Source of the DNA: Octopus sinensis
Taxonomy: Eukaryota
Assembly (NCBI RefSeq): GCF_006345805.1
Contig: NC_042997.1
Span: forward strand, 136,090,001 to 136,154,000
Direction of reading: 5' to 3'
DNA length: 64,000 nucleotides
Shown here: in pieces, positions 1-9,956 of the stretch
How the letters are laid out: each line of letters begins with the position of its first letter
Position numbering within the stretch: position 1 is the stretch's first letter
The notes under the pieces: generated by a model
What the model was told of the DNA's origin: nothing
The model's input: the letters and a program-made list of their open reading frames with translations, nothing else
The model's database searches: none
Made by a program: the position numbers and the translations under genes

Positions 1-382
1 GCATAAATATCTCAGATAGTTTTCTCAAATACGAAACTACGCCTCATAAATTTTATAGTCTTGGACATCAAACTTACGCTATTTAATCACTATGCAGCTT
101 GTAAGAGTTGCTACACTTGTTTAATTCTATTCTTTCCAAGCGTGCCCTTGCATTTGCATTAGCTATAATTGAAAATACTACACATTTAGTTTCTGGCTTT
201 GAGGGAAAATATTTTAATAAACTTTCTTTTCCTTTTACTAGTCACAATCTTGGGTTATTGCCAAAAATGAAGGAAACAGCAATATGCGTATTATGTATGT
301 ATGTTGTTTATGTATGTATATATGTATGTATGTATGTGTCTATGTATATAGATAGATAGATATATGTGTTTGTGTGTGTGTG

Positions 383-421
<39 letters not shown>

Positions 422-445
422 TATATATATTTATTATATAGAAGG

Positions 446-496
446 AGCTTCTACAGGACTAGAACTGTTTCATTCAAGAGAAATCTTCAGGAAGCT
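446..496 (-). ncRNA. Type I hammerhead ribozyme motif (inverted pLTR copy)
   Basis: Minus strand reads AGCUUC-CUGAAGA-U UUC UCUU GAA U-GAA ACAG UUCUAGUC CUGU-A-GAAGCU. Helix I is 6 bp, both conserved cores are present, helix III is 4 bp, and the cleavage triplet is GUA. Confidence 0.8.
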
Positions 497-654
497 AGTT
501 AACAAGAATTGTATTGGCATTTATACATTTAGGCAGGTTTAAAGGGGTGGTGGTGGGGGACTTTTTGGGGGTAGGCATAGCGCAAAATATCATACTTGGG
601 GGAGTGGTCAAGGAGTCAGTGGTAAATTAGATAAAAGAATAAATAAAAAAATAA

Positions 655-2145
655 ATGCGTGAAGCTTCACCCCTTCCACTCTGGAATAGGACCTCCGAGG
701 CAATAACCTGGTTCCGGGATTTACCTGACAAAAGCAACACCCGATTCCTACAACTGGATATCGAGGATTACTACGCCTCCATATCGGAGAGCTTGCTGAT
801 CGACGCGATTAACTTCGCCAGGAGGTCCTCCACCATCACCGAGGCCGAGCAAGATGTGATCCTCCACGCACGTAAGACTTTTCTTTTCTATGACGGATCC
901 CACTGGATCAACAAAAAATCTGAGACCTCCTTCGGCGTCAGCATGGGTGCTAGCGACTCTGCTGAAATAAGTGACCTAGTGGGCCTTTTCATCCTCCATA
1001 GACTGAAAACCCTATTCACAGGCCTCTCCGGTGGTCTTTACCGCGATGACGGCCTTTTCGCCCTCCACAAAATAAACCCCAGGACCACGGATGGGTTCCG
1101 GAAAAATCTTTACACCTTCTTTAAAAACTTAGGCCTTAGGATTACCTTAGAATCCAACTTAACCAAAGCTAACTTCCTTGACGTCACCCTCGACTTAAAA
1201 ACCTCACTTTATTACCCGTACCACAAACCAAATGAATCCCTTAGATATATAGATATTAATTCCAACCACCCCAAAAATATATTAGATAACCTAGTAAAAA
1301 GTGTCTCAATTAGAATTTCTAGCCTGTCCGCCACGGAAGATATCTTTAAGGCCGCAGCCCCCTATTACAACGAGGCCCTGGCCCGCAGTGGCTTTAAAGA
1401 TAAGATTACCTATACTAGTATAGCCCCACGCCAACCCAGGAAAAATAGACGAAGACACATTAGCTGGTACAACCCCCCCCCCTTCAACCGTGAGGTCGCT
1501 ACACCTGTAGCTAAAATCTTCTTCACTCTCCTACAGAAACACTTCCCCACCCAACATAAGTACTACACTATCCTAAATAAGAACACTATTAGACTCTCCT
1601 ACTCTACCACGCCCAATCTAGCCAGGAACCTAGCCAACAACAATGTGAAAAAACTTAACATATCTACTTTTTCCGAGGCCCATCCAACGTCCGATAGCAA
1701 TTGCAACTGCCCTGATAAAACCACCTGCCCCCTCAACAACAACTGCCTACAGAGGGACCTAGTATATACATGCGAGGTAAGATCAGGCCCTGACGATAAA
1801 AGAAAATCCTACATCGGAATGACGTCAAACAGCTTTAAGACCCGTTGGTACGCACACACACACTCGTTCCGGCGACAGGATAAATCCAACCAAACTACCC
1901 TCGCCGCCCACATCTGGTACCTTAAAAGGAACTCCATCCCCTTCAAGACCAAGTGGAAACTACTACAGAAGGCGCGTTCGTACACAGGAGGCCATACCTG
2001 CTGTGACCTCTGCATTTCGGAGAGCCTAGAGATCTTGTTCGCCAAAGGCCCTCTCCTTAACAAAATCTCAGAACACTCCCCAAATTGCACGCATAAGAAG
2101 TATGCAAACTACAAGAACTATAGACCTACCCGGCAACCAGATTGA
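655..2145 (+). CDS. PLE reverse transcriptase (5'-truncated) + C-terminal GIY-YIG endonuclease, 496 aa, uninterrupted
   Basis: RT motifs LQLDIEDYYASI, GVSMGASDSAE, LYRDDG and NFLDVTL. Linker CNCPDKTTCPLNNNC (CxC-x5-C-x5-C). Endonuclease LVYTCEV...SYIGMT, R..AH, AAHIW, CDLC..E, LLN. The ATG lies at the junction with the inverted repeat and the N-terminal RT motifs are missing. Confidence 0.93.
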   Translation: MREASPLPLWNRTSEAITWFRDLPDKSNTRFLQLDIEDYYASISESLLIDAINFARRSSTITEAEQDVILHARKTFLFYDGSHWINKKSETSFGVSMGASDSAEISDLVGLFILHRLKTLFTGLSGGLYRDDGLFALHKINPRTTDGFRKNLYTFFKNLGLRITLESNLTKANFLDVTLDLKTSLYYPYHKPNESLRYIDINSNHPKNILDNLVKSVSIRISSLSATEDIFKAAAPYYNEALARSGFKDKITYTSIAPRQPRKNRRRHISWYNPPPFNREVATPVAKIFFTLLQKHFPTQHKYYTILNKNTIRLSYSTTPNLARNLANNNVKKLNISTFSEAHPTSDSNCNCPDKTTCPLNNNCLQRDLVYTCEVRSGPDDKRKSYIGMTSNSFKTRWYAHTHSFRRQDKSNQTTLAAHIWYLKRNSIPFKTKWKLLQKARSYTGGHTCCDLCISESLEILFAKGPLLNKISEHSPNCTHKKYANYKNYRPTRQPD

Positions 2146-2429
2146 TGACACCCCACCCACAACCCCCCCCCAATCCCACCGTTCCCCTAGCACCCCCAAT
2201 TACCTTTTCTCCTAAGACCTTTCACATATTGTATGTGCACGCTTGTATATGTAAATTACTTTGCCACATACTGAACTTTCTAGAAATAGCAGCCAAAAAA
2301 GTTTTTTAGCCTCTTCCACTACTTAGAAAATATTTTCTCTCAGACATTGTTTACTCAAAAAAATAATGGTCCTTTTACATACTGAATACTTGGTGAGATT
2401 GATTAATAACTAATTAACTTTACCCTCAA

Positions 2430-3252
2430 TTGTTGATATATGTATGTGTGTATATATATGTATGTGTATATGTATATATATATATGTACATGTATGTATG
2501 TGTGTGTATATATATGTATATATATATGTATGTGTATGTGTGTGCGTGTGTATATATATATAATATATATGTATGCGTGTGTATATGTGTATTTATGTAT
2601 ATATTTATATATATATATATGTATATGTATATGTATGTGTGTGTGTATATGTATATATGTATATATATGAGTGTACGCGAGTATGTCGATGTATATGTAG
2701 GTATGTAGAGTTATGTGTATGTGCATGTATGTGAGTGTAGATACAAATTGTAGATGTGTATATATATATGTGTATGTATGTATACATGTATATAGGTATA
2801 TGTATGTGTGTGTGTATATATAATATATATATATATATATATGTATATGCGGGTATGTAGAGATATAAGTATGTGCATGTGTATATGTGTGTATATATAT
2901 GTATATGTATGTGTATGTATGTATATATATGTGTGTGTGTGTGTGTATGTGTGTATATGTATGTATATATGTATATATGTGTATATGTGTACGTGTGGGT
3001 ATATATGTGTATGTATATGTATATATGTGTGTGTATATGTATGTGTGTATATATATATATGTATATATATGTATGTATGTGTAAATGTATATGTATGTGT
3101 ATATATGTATATATGTGTATGTGTGAATATGTGTATGTATGCATATATGTATGTATGTATGTATATATGTATGTATATATGTGTGTAAGTGTGTGTATAT
3201 ATGTATATGTAAGTGTGTGTGCGTGTATGAGTATGTGTGTATGTTTGCACAC

Positions 3253-3316
<64 letters not shown>

Positions 3317-4159
3317 GTGTGTATGTATATGTATGTATGTATATATATATATATGTGTGTGTATGTGTATGTGTATATGTACATATACGTGTACGCTCGT
3401 GTGTTTATGTATATGTAGGTACGTAGAGTTATCTATGTGTGTATGTATATGTACATATGTGTAAGTATATATATATATATGTGTATGTGTATGTGTGTAT
3501 ATATATATATGTATATGTATATGTATATATATATGTATATATGTATATATATATATATATGTGTGTGTGTAAGTTTATATGTATGTATCCGTCTATATAA
3601 TGGGTAACTGCACGTACATATACTTAATATTTATTATTTATTTTTTGAGTATGCATGTATGAATAACTGCGCGTATATATATTTTATTATTTACTTATTT
3701 TTTGAGTATGCATGTATGTATGAATATAAGGAGGCGCGTGTGTGTGTGTATATGTAAGCATAGATATATGTATACTTTTACGCATGTGTGTACTTATGTG
3801 TATATATGGATGCGCGTGTGTGTGTGTATATGTGTATGTATGTATGTGTATGTGTATGTATTTGTATGTAGGTGTATATGTATGTGTGTGTATATATATG
3901 TATATGTATATATATATATGTATGTATATGTGTATGTATATATATATATATATATTATATATATATATATATATATATGTGTATGTATATGTATATGTGT
4001 ATGTGTATGTATTGTATGTGTATGCATGCGTGTATATATATGTATGTATATGTATACGTGTGGGTGTGTGTATGTGTATAAATGTATGTATGGATGGATG
4101 TATGGATGTATGTATGTATGTATACGTATGTATGTGTATGTGTGTATATGTATGTATGT

Positions 4160-4208
<49 letters not shown>

Positions 4209-4214
4209 ATATAT
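2430..4214. repeat. Compound (TA)n/(TG)n/(TATG)n microsatellite tract
   Basis: Direct reading; this tract is the source of many spurious Y/I/H/T/V/C/M-rich ORFs. Confidence 0.95.
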
Positions 4215-4215
4215 G

Positions 4216-4820
4216 AACAATCAAGGAACGGCCATAATAGGCCATTCACCCACTAGAAATAACAGCCAAAGCTTCAACCGCAAATAAAAATCAATTCCGT
4301 AAACCAGGAGAAAATTTAAAAAACATTTACCCTGTAATTTACCCTGTAATAGTCTATGACTATTTAATGTTTTCCCACTAGGCCGCTGGTGGCAAAAAAA
4401 TTCTACAAAATTTTTTGCCACCCTATATTGATTAATTATGAATTTTCTGGTTAATTCCGTAATGGAATCGACGGCTTATATTTATTTGCTGCCGATAAAT
4501 TTGGCGCGAGTGCGATGATTTGAAAATTTTAGGTCAGATATTGCCTTGGCAGGGTCGGAAATGCCTCGTGAAAATATCTGTTCCGACTTGGCTATTTCTT
4601 ACTGAAGAATCTGAGGGCCTATGGAAGATTGGCTTGATTTAATTAATCAGGTTAGTTTACCATTAAACAGCAGATGAAACGGTGCATCGTATAAGAAATT
4701 ACAGGGTAAATGTTTTTTAAATTTTCTCCTGGTTTACGGAATTGATTTTTATTTGCGGTTGAAGCTTTGGCTGTTATTTCTAGTGGGTGAATGGCCTATT
4801 ATGGCCGTTCCTTGATCGTT
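4216..4820. repeat. 125-bp inverted repeat pair (4216-4340 / 4696-4820)
   Basis: The two arms are reverse complements with a single visible mismatch at the outer end. Confidence 0.92.
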
Positions 4821-4927
4821 GATGTTGAACTTAAAAATGGTCTATGACTATTTAATGTTTTCCCACTAGGCCGCTGGTGGCAAAAAAATTCTACAAAATT
4901 TTTTGGCACCCTATATTGATTAATTAT
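4352..4927 (+). repeat. 88-bp direct repeat pair (4352-4439 / 4840-4927), period 488 bp
   Basis: gtctatgactattt...ccctatattgattaattat is present twice with one mismatch (gcc/ggc). Each copy contains a ggtggcaaaaaa/ttttttgccacc hairpin. Confidence 0.92.
4594..4699 (+). ncRNA. Type I hammerhead ribozyme motif with 57-nt insertion in helix II
   Basis: atttctta 4594-4601 pairs with taagaaat 4692-99 (8 bp); CTGAAGA 4602-08; atctg 4609-13 pairs with cagat 4671-75; GAAA 4676-79; helix III ACGG/TCGT with TGCA loop; GUA cleavage after 4691. Confidence 0.82.
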
Positions 4928-4954
4928 ATATATATATGTATATATATGTGTATA

Positions 4955-5009
<55 letters not shown>

Positions 5010-5800
5010 TTGTATGTAGGTGTATATGTATGTGTGTGTATATATATTTATTGGTGTATATGTATAGACTAGCCTTCTAAGAGTGTAGACATGAATCTGT
5101 AGGTACGCGTACGTATGTGTATATACGGGAATGTATGTAGATGTATGTATGTATGAATATAACGCGTGCGTGTATGTGTATTAGTGTACGAATGAGTGAG
5201 TGTACGTGCTAATGAGTGTGCGTGCGTGAATGAGTGCTTGTTTTCAAGTAGACAGATAAATGGACTTGCTGTCATAGCCAAGATGCTTGGGACCAGCGGT
5301 CAAAGATAACAAAAGTAATAAATGAAGATAATAAATTAAAATTAGGGAATGGGTCTGTATTTGTATGTATATATATGTATGTATATGTATGTGTATGTAT
5401 ATATATGTATATATATATGTATGTATATGTATGTGTATGTATATATATATGTGTATATAGGGACTAGTGTGCTGTGTGTGCATGTGTGTATGTGGATATG
5501 TGTGTGTATGCGTGTATGTGTATGTGTGTGTATATATACATGTGTGTATACGTGTATGCATGTGAGTGAGTGTATGTATATATATTTTTCTGTGTGTATA
5601 TGTATGTGTGGTCGTGTGTGTATATATACATGTGTGTATACGTGTATGCATGTGAGTGAGTGTATGTATATATATATGTGTATGTGTAGATATGTATATG
5701 TATGTGTATGTGTATATATATATGTATATGTGTGTGTGTATGTATGTGTGTATGTATATATGTATGTATGTGTGTGTATATATGTATACATATGTGTATA
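4928..5800. repeat. Compound (TA)/(TG) microsatellite with short unique spacers and local direct duplications
   Basis: Direct reading; a ~60-bp block is duplicated at ~5520-5580 and ~5620-5680. Confidence 0.85.
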
Positions 5801-6044
5801 GGTATAAGTGAGAATCTCCTTATTTACCTAAAACTCTATTCTTTTTTATATATATTTTTTTTTATTTATTTATTTTTTTATTATTATTATTATTTTATTT
5901 ATTCTTTTATCTAATTTACCACTGACTCCTTGACCACTCCCCCAAGTATGATATTTTGCGCTATGCCTACCCCCAAAAAGTCCCCCACCACCACCCCTTT
6001 AAACCTGCCTAAATGTATAAATGCCAATACAATTCTTGTTAACT

Positions 6045-6094
6045 AGCTTCCTGAAGATTTCTCTTGAATGAAACAGTTCTAGTCTGTAGAAGCT
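6045..6094 (+). ncRNA. Type I hammerhead ribozyme motif (3' pLTR)
   Basis: agcttc 6045-50 pairs with gaagct 6089-94; CTGAAGA 6051-57; helix II ttc/gaa with tctt loop; GAAA 6070-73; ACAG/CTGT helix III; predicted cleavage after A6088. Confidence 0.8.
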
Positions 6095-6177
6095 CCTTCT
6101 ATATAATAAATTAATTTTACTCTGCTATGTATTGAGTACCTTATTTACTGTGGTTAACCCCGAATCAACCCGGGACC

Positions 6178-6265
<88 letters not shown>

Positions 6266-7681
6266 GAGAAAGAGAGAAAGAGAGAGATGGAACGCGTACG
6301 AGTATTACGTAATATATATATATTTATGTATAAATACAAACTTGTTGCAGTGACTGGCTTTGTTATGAGTTCGGTTACGCCTCCCTGAAGCATGTTTGAA
6401 CTGGTAACAAGTTTGTATTTGTATTATATACATGAATATGTAAGTGTGCATATGCGTGTGCACGTGTGTATGTATTTGTTTTTATTATTGCTTGTACGAC
6501 ATGTGAGCAAATATCATGCATCGATAATTGTGCTCAGGTGACTGGGACTACACAACAAACATCATCACACCGGTAACAGAATGCTAACCATCAGGTCCAA
6601 AAAGGTAATTCCATTCTGTTTGTTTAATGTAGGCTCAATTTTCTGTATTGATTCCACAGTCTAGTGGGTTACAGTAATAAACATTTTATTGATTTCTTAC
6701 ATTGGTACAAAGAGCAAAAATCCTCGAGAAATGCAGTAAAAAAATAAATATATCTGATCAAGTGGTCCAGATAATTTCTATCCACATGTCTGTCAGTTTG
6801 CAAATGTAAAACATGAAAATGTCTTTTCTGTTTCTTGCATTAGACAAAGTTGTTATCAGATATGTTGTTGCTTATGACTTGTTTCCTATGATTTTAAACC
6901 AAAAAGCGACATATAATTACTGAGCAAAATATCGCTGTATCGCACGTTACTTTTACTACTAACAAATTGAACTCACCGCAGGTCAACGAGTTATTCACCA
7001 ATTTTACAATGCTGTAACTACAGCTGTTCATACTTGAATAACATACTTATGATCGAATGCCCGATCAAAGGGCGGAATATTTGTTTACTCATTTGATTTG
7101 TGCCCGCCTTATATGTCTGGTCTAATCCGCAGCAACGACTACTTTGCATACTTACCTCCAGTTCTTGGATGTTTCAACAATGATTTCTAAAACAAATAAC
7201 AGCTTTAGCGTCTATTTTGTGAGTAATGATGTAGCCAAAGTACATGAAGGTACAATGGTAGAACCTTGGAAACATCTACGCATCCACTATAATGAAGACT
7301 ACGACAGTGAGAGAGAGAGAGAGAAAGAAAGAAAGATAGAGTGTTTGTGTTTGTGTGTGTGCGTGTGCATGTGTGTGTGTGTTTGTGTGTATGTGTGCCT
7401 GTGCATATATGTATGTGTGTTGTGCAAAGTAGTGTAAAGTATGTGTGTGTTTGCATATATGTATTTATGCGTGTATATTGTTTCTATCTGCATGTGTGGA
7501 TAATTATTATCCATGTCTGTGATATTTCAATCTAGGGACTTTCAAATCCCATCACTTATGCATTTCTTTCAATTTCAAGCATGATTTGCTTGACTTTTCA
7601 CAACTGATGTTATACAAGAAAAATACAACAAAATTGCTTTTAGATGTTTTCGCGACTATTTAATTGTAAAACGCAATTGTA

Positions 7682-7765
<84 letters not shown>

Positions 7766-9907
7766 TTGTATGTATGTATGTATGTATGTGTGTGTATGTA
7801 TGTATGTATGTATGTATCTTACAGCTATAATATCAGAATATTGTCATTGATTTTTAAAGGTGATTGTTATATTATAGTTATGAAAGCGTTTAAAATTTCA
7901 ATTAATTGTCATTTAATGAATTCAAAAATAGTGACAACTAGAAAAAATATTTTTTTTATTTCCTTGTATAAATTTCAATACAGTGAAAATGTCGATTCAT
8001 ATTGATTACGTCTATTTTAAAATGTAGCCATAATTTTACTTCTTATGATGTCCACAGAGTAATTGTGAAGTGACTAGCTGGAAAGCTATGTGAACACATT
8101 TTCTCTGGGCCTCCTAGCATAGCCGATTCCGAAAGAAAAGGAGACAAAGAAACAAAGAAAAGCGAATGGACCCTGACACTTGACTTGTACTGTAATTATT
8201 GATACGGAAGGAATAAATGGGAAAGTTGGCTTTAGCATGATTTAAACGCAGAGCACAAAGAGGTGGAACAAATGCTACAAATGAACGTTTTCATAACTCT
8301 GTCAACTCACAGGCTTATAAACATTAAAAAAAAACATCAACAATCCAAGTTCCAAATATCCTAGTTTTCTTTTATATTCTTAATGCTCAATAACCCTTGA
8401 ACTTATCCAGTATTGTAGCATTTCATTTTCATTATATCATTTCTTTATAAAAGTATTTTTAACGTTTACAAAATGTGGAGTAGAGAGTTGTTTGTGACCT
8501 GATGAAAAATCGACACTATTGATGCACTATCGTCACACCATATATTTGGCTCAGTCATATTACGCCCATTAGTTCCTCTGAACCCTCCGAATATGTATGG
8601 TATAATTCGCAATCCGAAGTAGCACACTCCGTTGAAAACTTTGAAAACTTCGTATAGGAGTGCAATAAATTGATATGCTTCAAAGACTGAAATAATCTTG
8701 TCAGATATCTGATAGGTATCTTAAACAAAAAAATATTTCGTTAAATATTTTGAACAAAAGCCCTATACCCATTGTAGCGTCCTTAATCATGTACTCAGTG
8801 TATTTCGCACAGCAGAGTTCTTAATCATGCCTTTCAACATCTTGACATTAATCAATTGTTGAAGACAATTTATATATGATGGTTACATAAAATGGCAACC
8901 CATACACACACATCAAATAAGAGTCCCACACAAACTCAATATCTCTCACACAAATAACAATGAATATTACTTTTCAATAGCTAATAGCAATTTTTTTTAT
9001 CGATTTACATGTGACAATTTTCAATATATCATCAGAGAATTTGACACGTTCTATTTAGTTAAATATTACGTCTAGAAATTGTTCACACACTCCTCCTTCA
9101 TTCTTATTCGCTCTGATTTTCACTTTCCGCCTCTCTCACTCACTTTCCTCTCTCTTTCTCTCTCTCTCTCTCCCTCTCTCTCTCTCTCTCTTTTATATAT
9201 GTGGAGTAATTAGGGTTTACTATGTATGCTCCAATTACCATTATACACACATACACATATATATTTACTTATATTGATGTGTGCATGTGTGTGCGTGAGT
9301 GAGCATGTATGGGCATGTGTGTGTGTGCATGTGCGTGTATGTGTGTCTGTGGTGTGTGTGCGCGTGTATGGTGTGTGTGCGTGTTGTGTGCATGAGTGTG
9401 TGTGTGGTGCATGTGTGTGTGTGCGTGTGTGTATATATATATATATAAGTACCATGCTGGTCCTTATAGTGCATCATAAGAAAGACGTCTTTGGTGAAGA
9501 GATTTCACTGCTTCATTGGTTAACACAATCAGCAATGGGAAAAGGCAAGTAAAAAAGCCCAAACACTATGTTATAATCAGCAATGTGGCAAAGCCTCAGT
9601 CAAAAGAAAATAAGAAGTAACGCATTACCCAGAACACTACTGTTCACATTTATTTCCATAATAGTAACCGACCGTATGGACAATTTCTGAGCTTATCCTA
9701 AAATATGATTTAGGAAGAGACAATAAATGCATTGCAATATAAGCTTGGCATTGTTAAAATCAAGTAGATTAACGAAGATAAATACACCTGGACTTTCACT
9801 ACCAAAATTAGAATTTGTTCTTGGGGCGTTTCAATAAAAAAATGTGATCAATATCACATACCCAAAGCATTATGAATGTGGCCTAATATTTTGTATGTAT
9901 ATATATT

Positions 9908-9952
<45 letters not shown>

Positions 9953-9956
<4 letters not shown>

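Larger units (their letters stand above)
430..6110 (+). mobile_element. Penelope-like element (EN+ PLE) composite insertion: inverted pLTR copy / 5'-truncated RT-GIY-YIG ORF / long microsatellite-rich 3' region / pLTR
   Basis: 430-648 is the reverse complement of 5893-6110 (identical except one C indel). The ORF at 655-2145 has PLE RT and GIY-YIG motifs. The left end abuts (TA)n. An inverted partial pLTR at a 5' truncation is a known PLE insertion pattern. Whether all of 2430-5890 belongs to one insertion is inferred. Confidence 0.8.

Noticed and set aside
544-602. Four G-tracts in the inverted pLTR (possible G-quadruplex)
   Set aside because: The last loop is about 26 nt and there is no independent support; on the element's sense strand the segment is C-rich.
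4531-4592. HDV-like, twister or pistol ribozyme interpretation of the pseudoknot
   Set aside because: Helix order and conserved catalytic nucleotides do not match those classes; kept only as an unclassified pseudoknot.
2403-5914. Dozens of long ORFs rich in Y/I/H/T or V/C/M/Y here and throughout the window
   Set aside because: They are translations of (TA)/(CA)/(TG)/(TATG) microsatellites, open in several frames on both strands.
8380-8860. Possible Tc1/mariner remnants (also 6600-6800 and 25600-25830)
   Set aside because: Only faint motif echoes (PSEYVWY-like) were seen, with no convincing TIR pair or catalytic motifs.
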